Assembly (NCBI RefSeq): GCF_006345805.1
Contig: NC_043017.1
Span: 9,238,001 to 9,302,000 of the forward strand
Source: Octopus sinensis
Lineage: Eukaryota
Direction of reading: 5' to 3'
DNA length: 64,000 nucleotides
Of this stretch, positions 36,891 to 49,295 are shown one piece after another. Positions within the stretch are counted from its first letter, which is position 1. Every line of letters begins with the position of its first letter. The notes beneath the pieces were generated by a model that was given only the letters and a program-made list of their open reading frames with translations, searched no databases and was not told the DNA's origin. The translations under genes were made by a program, and so were the position numbers.

Positions 36891-37270
36891 GGCTGTGTGG
36901 TGAGAAGCTTGCTTCCCAACCACATGGTTCCGGGTTCAGTCCCACTGCGTGGTGCCTTGGGCAAGTGTCTTCTGCTGTAGCCTCAGGCTGACCAAAGCCT
37001 TGTGAGTGGATTTGGTAGATGGAAACTGAAAGCAGCCTGTCATATATATACATGTATGTGTGTGTGTGTGTGTTTGTCCCACTCCACCACCACCACCATC
37101 GCTTGACAATTGATGTTGATGTGTTTATGTTCTCGTAACTTAGTGGTTCAGCAAAAAGATACCGATAGAATAAGTACTGGGCTTACAAAGAATAAGTCCT
37201 GGGGTCAATTTGTTCGACTAAAGGCGGTGCTCCAGCATGGCCACAGTCAAATGGCTGAAACAAAGAAAAG
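36891..37270 (+). mobile_element. Family A SINE
   Basis: Head to tail match. A further partial copy lies at 36525-36765. Confidence 0.88.
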
Positions 37271-37639
37271 AATTTGTCTATTGCTAAAAAAAAAACCCTG
37301 AGTATATACATATGTATATCTATGTGTGTGTATTTCATGTGTGTTTATATACGTAAGCTTTGGTAAACAGCGTGAGTGATGTTAACTTGTGACTGTCGTT
37401 TCTGTCTCTTTGTGTGGGCGTGTTGTGAATGTGTTGTGTGGTTATTAAATATTTACAATGCTGTTTTATCAACAAGCCATAACTGATGAGCTATCGTAGA
37501 CACAAGAAGCCATAGCTGACCACTAGCTATCACTGACCGCAGGCTATCATCAACATAAAGACTGACCACACTCACATCGGCATGTGTCCAGCTGCTCTTG
37601 GATGTCTAGAAACTCTCTTTTACAGCACGTCATCGTCAT

Positions 37640-37880
37640 TGTCATTCACGTTTAACATCTGTTTTTTCCATGCTGGCATGGGTTGGACAGTTTGACAAGA
37701 ACGGGTAAAGCCAGGAGCTGCGCAAGGTTCTGTAGTCTGTTTTGGTCTGGTTTCTTCAGCTGGATACTCTTCCTAATGCCAACCACTTCACAGAGTGTAT
37801 TGGGTGCTTTTTGTGTGACACTATCACCAGTGCATTTTACATGGAACCATCATCAGTACTTTTAATGTGGCACCAGCACA
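37640..37880 (-). mobile_element. Old family E SINE with remnants of the 66-bp unit
   Basis: Reverse E tail and body; GGTGCTTTTTGTGTGACACT matches the array unit. Confidence 0.7.
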
Positions 37881-38257
37881 CTAGAACAATAGTATGATAC
37901 ACTAAAACACTACTACAACACACTAAAATACCACTCTAACACAAATCCAACACTGCTGCTACATTCCAGAACCATGCCATAACATGCTGGTTACACTGTT
38001 ACAGTGCCCTAGGTCAACATTCTAGAACACTGCTATGGCACTTCTGTGCACTGTGCAATACTCCAGGATGTTATTGCAACACTCCAGGACATTGTTATAG
38101 CACTCCAAGATATTGCTGTGTCATCCTGGGAATACTGTTGTGACACTCAAGGCCACTACAAAAGCACTCCAGAACATTTATAGTGACACTTCAGGATATT
38201 GCTTCAGTGCTCCATGCCACTGCTCCCACACTGCTACAATACACCTAAAATTCTTTT

Positions 38258-38445
38258 CTACTGTAGGCAGAAGGCCTGAAAGTTTGGCGGCGAGGTATGC
38301 AACTGGTACTTAATTTATCGACCCCAAAAGGATGAAAGGCAAAGTCGACCTCGGCAGAATTTGAACTTAGAACATAAAGATAGTCGAAATACTGCTAAGC
38401 ATTTCGCCCAGTGTGTTAACATTTCTGCCAGCTTGCCACCTTAAC
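38258..38445 (-). mobile_element. Family B SINE
   Basis: Reverse B domain. Confidence 0.8.
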
Positions 38446-38621
38446 ACTCCTAAAATTCTGCTAAAACACTCCAGAAACTAATATAGTGTTTCAGAACACT
38501 GCTTGCTACAACACAGCAGAATACTGCTATGATGGCAGCAGTCTCTTGTAGTCCAAGAAGGACGATTCTGCAATTTGTTGCTGAATAACCTGCACGAATG
38601 ATTTGTTTATTGTTATCAATA

Positions 38622-38786
38622 GGCGCAGGAGTGGCTGTGTGGTAAGTAGCTTGCTAACCAACCACATGGTTCCGGGTTCAGTCCCACTGCGTGGCATCTT
38701 GGGCAAGTGTCTTCTGCTATAGCCCCGGGCCGACCAATGCCTTGTGAGTGGATTTGGTAGACGGAAACTGAAAGAAGCCTGTCGTA

Positions 38787-38830
<44 letters not shown>

Positions 38831-39047
38831 TGTGTGTGGGTTTGTGTGTCTGTGTTTGCCCCCCTAGCATTGCTTGACAACCGATGCTGGTGTGTTTACG
38901 TCCCCGTCACTTAGCGGTTCGGCAAAAGAGACCGATAGAATAAGTACTGGGCTTACAAACAATAAGTCCCGGGGTCGATTTGATCGACTAAAGGCAGTGC
39001 TCCAGCATGGCCGCAGTCAAATGACTGCAACAAGTAAAAGAGTAAAA
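38622..39047 (+). mobile_element. Young family A SINE, full length
   Basis: Near-consensus copy. Confidence 0.92.
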
Positions 39048-39389
39048 TGTTTGTGTTGTACATTGGCTCACTCCTGTTATCAGGGGCACAGTGTGCCCCA
39101 TATGAGGAGTTAAAGTGATCGCAGAGCATCGTGAGATGAAATGCTTTGCACAAGAACATAACGCACCACCTGAACCCAGAATCTTGTGATTGTGAGTACC
39201 ACATCCTAACCATAATTTGTCCACTCTCACAGAACACTACAGTGACACACTACAAACCACACTGCTTCAACACTCCTGAAACACAAATACAACTCTACTA
39301 CAAAATACTACACTGATGCTCCAAAAACCTGGCATTTAGAATGTAAATTGGCATAAAATTTTCATGGATCGTTTTAATTTAAATAATTT

Positions 39390-39750
39390 TTAATCCTTTT
39401 GTCATGACATTTCTGTTGAAATGCACCGCTTTCGTTTCAATTAATTTTGAAAATAACGAGGAATTTAATAAAATAACTGTCATTAATTAATCTGGTGTTT
39501 AGAACATAAATTAGCATGTAATTTTGACGGCAGGTTCCAATTTAGATCAGTTTAACCATTTCGTTACTGTATTTATTTTGAAATACACGGCTTTCGTTTC
39601 AAGTAATTTTGAAAATAATGAATTTAGTGAAATAATTCTTTATTTTAATCTGGTGTTTGGAATTAGTTAGCGTGAAATTTTGATGGGAAGGCTTTGATTG
39701 AGACCATTTTAAAAGAGGAAGTTTATATTGCAGAGGCAGTGGCTTGGGGG
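39390..39750 (+). mobile_element. Chain of family F piggyBac-type MITE units
   Basis: The second unit begins TTAA-CCATTTCGTTACTGTATTTATTTTGA, matching the reverse complement of the 60990-61018 end. Confidence 0.7.
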
Positions 39751-40034
39751 GTGGGGTCTGCAGTTCATTTAATCAAAAGGATTAAATGAACAAGAATTAC
39801 CAAGGCTTTTCTGTTCTTTTTTTTTGTTTTAATCTTTTCTTTTTTATTTGTTTTAGTCATTGAACTAGAGCCATGCTGGAGCACCATCTTGAAGAATTTC
39901 TTTGTACAAATTGACTCCTGTACTTATTTTTAAGTCTGGCTACACACTGGCAGTCTCTTTTGCCAAACCACTAAGTCGTGGGGACGTAAACAAACCAAGA
40001 TAGGTATGTATTGTGCTTGTGTTTCCCCCGACAC

Positions 40035-40258
40035 CACCACTGCTTAATAACCAGTGTTTGTTTGTTTACATCCCCATAACTTAGCAGTTCAGCAAAAGGG
40101 TCCAATAACATGAGTGCCAGGCTAGAAAAAAAAAAAGAAGAAATGTAAACACTAGGGTTGAATTGTTTGACCAAAACCCTTCAAGACAGTGCTCCAGCTT
40201 GGCCACTGACCAATGACTGAAACAAGTAAAAGATAAACGATACATCCCTATGTATGTC

Positions 40259-40296
<38 letters not shown>

Positions 40297-41144
40297 GTTT
40301 TGTTTGTGCATTCCACCGCTAACCACTTGGTAACTGGTGTTGGTGTGTTTAGCAGTTTAGCAGGAAAGAGTGATAGAACATATATCAGACTTAGCAGTTT
40401 GGCAAAAGCAAGTGATAGAATAAGTAGCAGACTTCAAAAAAAAATGTACTGAAGTCATTTTGTTTGACTAAAACCCATCAATGTGGTGCCCCAGCATGGC
40501 CGCAGTCTAATAACTGAAACAAGCAAACATAAAAGTATGTGTGTGTGTGTTTTTTTTTTAAGGTTTGTGTGCCCCCACCCCTGCCAACCAGTTGACAACT
40601 GGTGTTGGTTTGTTTACATCCCCATCATGTGTGTGTGTGTGTGTATTTATGTCTGTCTTTGTCCCCCCCTCCACCACCACTGCTTGACAACCAGTGTTGA
40701 TGTGTTTACTCCCTGTAACTTAGTGGTTCAACAAAACAGATGGATAAAATAAGTACAAGGGCTTTGAAAGAAAAAGTACTGAGGGTTGAAATGGTTCGAC
40801 TGAAACCCTTCAAGGTGGTGCCCCAGCATGGCCACAGTCCAACGACTGCAACAAGTAAAAGATAAAAGTGTCTATATCTCTGTGTGTGTGTGTGTGTGTG
40901 TGTGTTTATGTTTGTTTGCCCCCTCCTCTGCCAACCACTTGACAACTGGTGTTTGTTTGTTTATGTCCCTCTAACTTAGCAGCTTGGCACAAGATAACAA
41001 TAGCAAAAACATCAGACTTACAAAAAAAAATATATATATATATATATAAGTACTGGGATTGAATTATTTAACTAAAATCCTTCAAGGTGGTGCCCCAGCA
41101 TGGCCACAGTCTAATGATTGCAACAAATAAAAGATAAATGTATC

Positions 41145-41180
<36 letters not shown>

Positions 41181-41425
41181 TGTGTCTTTATGTTTATGTG
41201 CTGCCTTCCCTGTAAACTAGCCACTTGACAACTGGTATTGGTTTGTTTATGTCCCTGTAACTTAACAGCTTGGCACAAGATAACAATTATCATAAATACC
41301 AGACTTACAAAAAAAAAAAAAGATATATATATATATAAGTATCGGGGTTGAATCAAGTGACTAAAACCCTCTGAGGTGGTGCCCCAGCTTGGCCGCAGTC
41401 CGAGGACTGCAACAAATTAAAGATT
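40035..41425 (+). repeat. Tandem run of five to six family A 3' halves separated by (TG)n
   Basis: The tail CCCCAGC(A/T)TGGCC(A/G)CAGTC...GACTG recurs near 40195, 40490, 40822, 41093 and 41383. Confidence 0.85.
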
Positions 41426-41929
41426 AAAGGAACAGTAAGAGAAGAAAAAAAATGCCTTGCTTTATATTTAGGAAGAAAAAAACAACAACAACAACAACAA
41501 CAAAAAAAAAAGGAAGACATCTGTGGTGCGCCTTGGTGTTCCTTGTTGCACCAGACCAAGTGCACTGCGGTAAACCGTTACGAAGAGACGACTACATTAC
41601 CATTTTTAATATGCTGTTATATAATAACAACAAAACACATCGGTTGATGTGGAGAGGTTTTTTTTTCTGTTTTATTTCTGTTTTTGTAGGTGGCCCCCCC
41701 CCCCTAAAACATAAAAATCACAAAATACAAAATGTGGGAGGTCACAGCTGAAAACACTCGTGATAAGGGGTCACTTTGATGAGGGTTGACCTGCGGGGCT
41801 CGACAGCGACAGCAACAACAGCAGCAGCAGAGACAACAACACTAACAGCAACAACACGGCCATATGATTTCATCATATGGCTGTTTATATCACTCTGTAA
41901 CGACTTGTGTTAATGTTTCTCTGCGTACT

Positions 41930-43530
41930 GATGCACTGATGGTATTGATGGTGGTCATAGCAGTGGCAGTGGTGGTATTGGCGGCGGTGCCGGCACTGGT
42001 GCTGATGTACTAATGGTATTGGTAATGGTGGGAGAGTGATGCTGGTGGTGGTGGTGGTGGTATTGATGGTATGGATAGTGGTCATAGTGGTAGTGTTGGT
42101 ACTGGGATGCTAATGGTATTAGTAATGGTGGTGGTATTGATGGTAATCATATTTGCGGTGGTGGTATTGATGGTATGGATATGGTCGTAGTGGTAGTGTT
42201 GGTACTGGGGTGCTAATGGTATCAGTAATGGTGGTGGTATTGATAATGGTATCGGTAACGGTGGAAGAGTGATGCTAGCGATGGTATTGATGGTAATCAT
42301 ATTTGCGGTGGTGGTATTGACGGTATGGATAGTGGTTGTGTTGGTACTGGGGTACTAATGGTATTGATAACGGTGGTGGTAGTGATGGTGGTATTAATAA
42401 TGGTATTGGTAATGGTGGTGGTCACAGTGGTTGTACCAGTGGAAGTGCTGATACTGGTATACTAATGGTATTGATGGTATGCATAGTGGTAGTGACAGTG
42501 GTGGTACTGGTATACTAATGATATTGGTAATATTGGTGATGGTGGTATGGATAGTGCTCATAGTGGTAGTGTTGGTACTGGTGTACTAATGCTAATGATA
42601 TTGGTAGTCGTGGTGGTCGTGGCATTGATGGTATGGATACTGGTCCTTGCGGGAGAGGCAATACTGATACTGGTGTACTAATGGTATTGATGGTAGTGGT
42701 GGTATTGATGATTACCATATTTGTGGTGGTGGTCGTGGTGGTATGGATAGTGGTCATAGTGGTAGTGATGGTGGTGTTCATCGCACTTGTACTGATGGTA
42801 TTGGTGGTAGTACAGGTGGAGAGATCAGATCATATTGTTGATGGTATGATGTTAATGGTGATTACATCAATCATATTGTCATTGGTCATAGCAATGGTGG
42901 CGGTGGTGGCGGAACCAATGGTATCGATGGTGGACATCTTAGTGGCAACACTGGTACTATCATACTGATGGTATTGGCAACATTAGAAATACCACCAATG
43001 GTATTGATGATGGTTGCAGTTGTAGTGGGGGTGGTATTGGTACAGAGGTAGCTTATGGCAAGTGGTACTGATGATGATGATGATGAGACCAATGGTATTG
43101 ATGGTATGGATAGTGGTCATAGTGACAGTGCTGGTACTGGTGTACTAACGGTATTGGTGGTAGTGATGATGGTATTGATGATTGCCATATTTGAGGTGGT
43201 GGTATTAGTGGTAGACGTACAAAAAGCAATTATATTGGATGGGGTGGTGGTGGTGGTGGTATTGACAGTGGTGGTTTCGGTATCAGTGGTACACGTGGCA
43301 GTGTTGGTCATAGTAGTAGTGATGTCTGTGTGGGTGGTTGCGCTGAAGTGGTATAAGTTGCATAAATTGCGATGGTATTGTCAGTGGTGATCATACAGGT
43401 GGTTGTGGCGGTAGTAGTAGCTGCCGTCACGGTCACGATGGTATTGGCGGTAGTAGGTAACGGTGATCGCACAGGTGGTTGCGGCGGTAGTAATCACCTC
43501 AACAGTCGAAATGGTATCGGCAGTGGTAGT
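41930..43530. repeat. GGT-rich low-complexity block with a cryptic higher-order motif
   Basis: GGTATTGATGGTATGGATAGTGGTCATAGTGGTAGTGTTGGTACTGG recurs. Confidence 0.8.
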
Positions 43531-44033
43531 TAGTGGTGGTCAAAACAGGTGGTTGTGGCGGTGGTAGAAGTGGTCATAAGTGATAGTGGCATGGGGGGGT
43601 AACGATTGTGGCGGCGGTGGTGGTGGTGGTGGTGGCAGCGATGGCAACGATGACAACAAGAACAGCAGCGGCACCAGCAGCAGCTGTTGCTTCTACTTCT
43701 GCTGCTGCTCTTGGTGCTGCTGCTGCGCTGGCTTAGTACATGTGTACTGCAACTGACAGTGTAGTAGTGATGGCAGTGGTGGTGGTAGTAGTGGTGGTGG
43801 TGTTGGTGGTGGTGGTGGAGATGATGTTGACACTGCTGGTAATATGTGCACACCAGCACCGACACGACCGCCACCATCGCCTTGCAGCAGCAGCAGCTAC
43901 TGCAACGCTGACTGCATTACCATCAGAAACAACAACAACAACAACAACAACAGCAGCAGTAACAACAACAACAGCTGAAACAGAATTAGATCAGTAGCAA
44001 CAACCACCCACATACGTGTCTATGAATGAGTGC

Positions 44034-44065
<32 letters not shown>

Positions 44066-44114
44066 ATGTGTGTGTGTGTGTGTGTATGTGTGTGTGTATA
44101 TGTGTGTGTGTGTA

Positions 44115-44145
<31 letters not shown>

Positions 44146-44230
44146 ATATGTGTGTGTATATGTATATGTGTGTGTGTGTGTATGTGTGTGTGTATCTGTG
44201 TATGTATGTAGCATCATACACATGTATATG

Positions 44231-44261
<31 letters not shown>

Positions 44262-44463
44262 GTGCGTGTGTGTGTGTATCATAAACATACGTATGTATAT
44301 ATATATATATATTTATATATATGTGTGTGTGTGGGTGGGTGTGTGTGTTCGCACACACATATACACATTTATAGACAATTAAATTTGTACACACATACAC
44401 ATCAATCTCTCTTTCCCCCTCTCTCTCTTTGTATATACATATATATATGAGTGTGTACACACA

Positions 44464-44529
<66 letters not shown>

Positions 44530-44724
44530 TACATACATACACATACGTATACAAAAACCTCTTTTTCCGTATAGTGTGTGTGTCTGTGTTGATGTGTGTG
44601 CGTATGTAGGTGTATGTACGTAGAACTGATGGGTGTGTACATGACTTTGCTCTATGTGCATGACCTGTCTCTAAATGTTGGGAGTGAGTACACACACACA
44701 CACAAACACACACACACATATGCC

Positions 44725-44816
44725 AGATAGATAGATAGATAGATAGATAAACAGCCAGTCAGTTAGATAAACAGATAAATATACAGATATCTATCTATAT
44801 ATATCTATATAATATA

Positions 44817-44858
<42 letters not shown>

Positions 44859-44987
44859 TAGATATAGATATCTGTATATATATTCATAGACTGATAGATA
44901 TATACATATATTCATAGATATATATATGATATATATATATATAGATAGATAGACAGACAGATAGATAGATAGATAGTAGATAGAGAT

Positions 44988-45019
<32 letters not shown>

Positions 45020-45035
45020 TGTAGTAGAAAGATAG

Positions 45036-45074
<39 letters not shown>

Positions 45075-45137
45075 TAGATAGATAGATAGGTAGTGGAAAA
45101 GATAGATAGGTAGATAGATAGATAGATAGGTAGGTAG

Positions 45138-45168
<31 letters not shown>

Positions 45169-45198
45169 GTAGGTAGGTAGAAAGAAAGATAGATAGAT

Positions 45199-45239
<41 letters not shown>

Positions 45240-45249
45240 GTAGGTAGGT

Positions 45250-45283
<34 letters not shown>

Positions 45284-45301
45284 GTAGATAGGTAGGTAGG
45301 T

Positions 45302-45343
<42 letters not shown>

Positions 45344-45410
45344 GTAGATAGATAGGTAGGTGGAAAGATAGATAGGTAGATAGATAGATAGATAGATAAG
45401 TAGATCGACA
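44725..45410. repeat. (GATA)n/(GGTA)n compound tetranucleotide tract
   Basis: Directly visible; the sub-motif GGTAGGTAGGTAGAAAGAAAGATAG repeats. Confidence 0.95.
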
Positions 45411-45460
45411 CATAAATAGACTTGTCAGTTTGTATACATATAGACATATACATTTTATAC

Positions 45461-45503
<43 letters not shown>

Positions 45504-45771
45504 CACACACACACATATGTACGTATATATGCATACATACATACATCATGTGATACGTGTGTGAGATGTATATGTATATATGTACTACATGTGTAGTGTA
45601 TGTACACACACACACACAAACACAAATTTATGTTGAAACTCTGAGAATAGAATTGTTTATTAGGCTCTTTTGTTAAATTATTTTCCTCAACTGCAAAGTT
45701 GTCAGAATGTGTTATACTCCAGTCATATGTGTTACAAGTTATACATACATACAAACACATATATATACATA

Positions 45772-45812
<41 letters not shown>

Positions 45813-45854
45813 TAGATAGATAGATATAGATTATATATGTATGTATGTATGTAT

Positions 45855-46072
45855 CTCTTTTCTCTTTTTTTCTCTTTTACTTGTTTCAGTCATTTGACTG
45901 CGGCCATGCTGGAGCACCACCTTTAGTCGAGCAAATCGACCCCGGGACTTATTCTTTGTAAGCGCAGTACTTATTCTATCGGTCTCTTTTGCCGAACCGC
46001 TAAGTGACGGGGACATAACCATACCAGCATCGGTTGTCAAGTAATGCTAGGGGGACAAACACAGACACACAA

Positions 46073-46105
<33 letters not shown>

Positions 46106-46271
46106 CATATATACGACAGGCTTCTTTCAGTTTCCGTCTACCAAATCCACTCACAAGGCATTGGTCGGCCCGGGGCTAAAACAGAAAACATTTGCCCAAG
46201 ATGCCATGCAGTGGGACTGAACCCGGAACAATGTGGTTGGTTAGCAAGCTACTTACCACACAGCCACTCCT
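45855..46271 (-). mobile_element. Young family A SINE
   Basis: Near-consensus reverse copy. Confidence 0.92.
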
Positions 46272-46511
46272 GGTATAATATGTATATTCTTAATAACAAT
46301 GTTGTTGATAGTGACTTTGAATTTTCGGCCAGTTAAGCCATCATTGGACTGTTTAGAGTAAACCATCAGATTAATGTAAATATGCTCTTGACTGTAACTG
46401 AACAAATCAAACATTAACACACACGCATCAATATGTGCAAGCATGTATATATATACATATATATATGCACACATGTGTATATATCTACATATATATATAT
46501 ATGCATGTGTG

Positions 46512-46555
<44 letters not shown>

Positions 46556-46599
46556 TGCACACATGACTATATATCTACATGTATGTATGTATGTGTATG

Positions 46600-46663
<64 letters not shown>

Positions 46664-47757
46664 TATATAAAATACAAAATGGGACTAGAATGCAAAACAT
46701 CCGGACAGTTAGGTGATACAAAAATGGGACAACAAAACATCCAGATAAACAATGCAAAGAAAACAAGGACGGGTCATTCGGAGTTTTCTTTCCTCAGTCA
46801 AGTGCCAGATTATCTTCACAATTTCAGCTGATTATACTTGAGATTGCACCAATCTGGCCAGCCACCAAGGAAAAACTAAGCTAAGAGCATTAGATTCTTT
46901 GGAAGAAAGCAGCGAATTTATACAGAAACAAGGAAGGAAGAAAACAGACAATGTTACACACATACAATAAAAATAATAACAGGACATAACAGCAGGTGTC
47001 TTTCGACTAAGGACAAATTAAATTAAACTGGCGTGTGTGGAAATGAAGCCTTACGGCTGGGATACAAGATATATATATATCAATTTATGTATGCAAATAT
47101 ATTTGTATTTATCTATTTATTTGTGCATGTATATATGTATGTATGTATTTATATATATATATGTATTTATATGTGTGTACATATATATGTGTGTGTGTAT
47201 ATATATGTGTGTATATATATATGTATATATATGTATGTATATATATATGTATATATATATGTATATATATATGTATATGTATGTGTATATATATGTATGT
47301 ATATGTGTGTATATATATATGTGTATGTATATATGTATTTGTATATATGTATGTGTATGTATGTATATATATCTATATATATATATATATAACGGGAAGC
47401 TTTATGAAAATAGACAAAAGACGAAGGCAGGTGGAAAACAAACAAACAATTGTATTAGTATATATATATATATATATATCTGTATACATATATGTATGTA
47501 TGTATATATATATATGTATATACTTGTGTGTGTGTGTATATATTATATATATAAATTAATTAGAAAAAAATTACCTTTTATCAATTTAAAATGAACAATT
47601 TAATGTTCATTTTGAATTGATAAAAGGTAGTTTATTTATTTTTATATATTATATATATATATATATATATTATATTGTGTGAAATTTGATTTAGTATTTC
47701 TAAATTGAATTTTTTTTTCCCTGTAAGTTTCGATTTATATTCTCTCAAATTATTATG

Positions 47758-47788
<31 letters not shown>

Positions 47789-48170
47789 TATATACATGCA
47801 CACATACATACAACACCCTAACCACTAGGCACATAGCCTAGTGTTTATGGTGTAGCATTTACAATCACAAGGTCTTGGTTTCAATTGTTAGTCTCACAAT
47901 GTGTCATGTTCTCGAATGAAACAATTCATTTTCCATTGCCACAGTCTGCTCAGCTGTAAACAGGTAATGCTGTGATGGTGCTCCAATCAGGGGCAGTGTT
48001 GTGCTGGCTGCTTTGCCAGCAAACTTGTATCATTTGAAAAGAACAACAGCAACAGGAATCACATTGTGGCCAGTGGTGTGTGCCAACACACACACACACA
48101 CACGCAATGGGACTGAACCCAGAACAACATGGTTGTGAATGAAGCTTCTTACCACAGAGCCATGCCAGTG

Positions 48171-48206
<36 letters not shown>

Positions 48207-48208
<2 letters not shown>

Positions 48209-48624
48209 CGCAGGAGTGGCTGTGTGGTAAGTAGCTTGCTTACCAACCACATGGTTCTGGGTTCAGTCCCACTGCGTAGCATCTTGGGCAAGTGTCTTCT
48301 GCTATAGCCCCAGGCCGACCAAAGCCTTGTGAGTGGATTTGGTAGACGGAAACTGAAACAAGTCTGTCGTATACATGTATATATATATATTTATATATAT
48401 ATGTGTGTATATGTTTGTGTGTTTGTGTTTGTCCCCCTAGCATTGCTTGACAACCGATGCTGGTGTGTTTACGTCCCCGTCACTTTGCGGTTCGGCAAAA
48501 AGAGACCGATGGAATAAGTACTGGGCTTACAAAGAATAAGTCCCGGGGTCGATTTGCTCGACTAAAGGCGGTGCTCCAGCATGGCCGCAGTCAAATGACT
48601 GAAACAAGTAAATGAGTAAAAGAG
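48207..48624 (+). mobile_element. Young family A SINE, full length
   Basis: Near-consensus copy. Confidence 0.92.
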
Positions 48625-48651
48625 AATATATATAGTACACACACATGCCAT

Positions 48652-48790
48652 TAAGGAGGCCATCCAGCCAGAGAAATCATGCCAAAATAGACTGTACATC
48701 TTGGTGCAGTCCCTTGCCAGCCCCTGTTGAACTGTGCAGCCCCATACCTGTATGGAAAATGGGTGTTAAATGATGATGATGATGATGACA
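48652..48790 (+). mobile_element. Old family E 3' end with (GAT)n tail
   Basis: AGGAGGCCATCCAGCC...GGAAAATGGGTGTTAAATGATGATG. Confidence 0.65.
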
Positions 48791-48809
48791 TACATATACA
48801 TACATACAT

Positions 48810-49248
48810 GCTGCGGGGTCATTCCGAAAAGCTCTATCTGCGACGATTTCATCTCAATCGAAGAAGAGGGGCTTTCTCCGTCCGGGTTGCGGATCCGTGG
48901 AATAAGCTGCCGGACGAGATGGTGAAGATGCCGACAACCACTCGGTTCAAAGTCTCCCTTGACCACAAGTGGCCTGAACTCTTTACATGAAACCACCCTG
49001 TACTTAACTCCATGTCCCCCTACAGGCCTTGCTATTTGCTTTTGAGCCAAATTAACTAACTAACTAACTAACTAATACACAGCCTGCTACACTGTCACAT
49101 CACACAACTTGTTTGTACTTGTATTACCTCTAACATATGTCCATATGGCACACATTGCCCACACTACAATTACCTGTACATAACTCCATGTCCCCCTACA
49201 TGGCATTGCTTTTTGCTTTTTGAGCCCAAAAAATTAACTTACTAACTA

Positions 49249-49252
<4 letters not shown>
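48810..49252 (+). mobile_element. CR1-clade 3' fragment, then the 104-bp flank of locus 335-438, then a second CR1 tail
   Basis: LRGHSEKLYLRRFHLNRRRGAFSVRVADPWNKLPDEMVKMPTTTRFKVSLDHKWPELFT* (stop 48988-48990); (TAAC)n; flank copy 49072-49173; repeated UTR and tail 49174-49252. Confidence 0.9.

Positions 49253-49295
<43 letters not shown>

Noticed and set aside
37483-37510. CTGATGAG hammerhead core start
   Set aside because: No GAAA follows the putative stem II.
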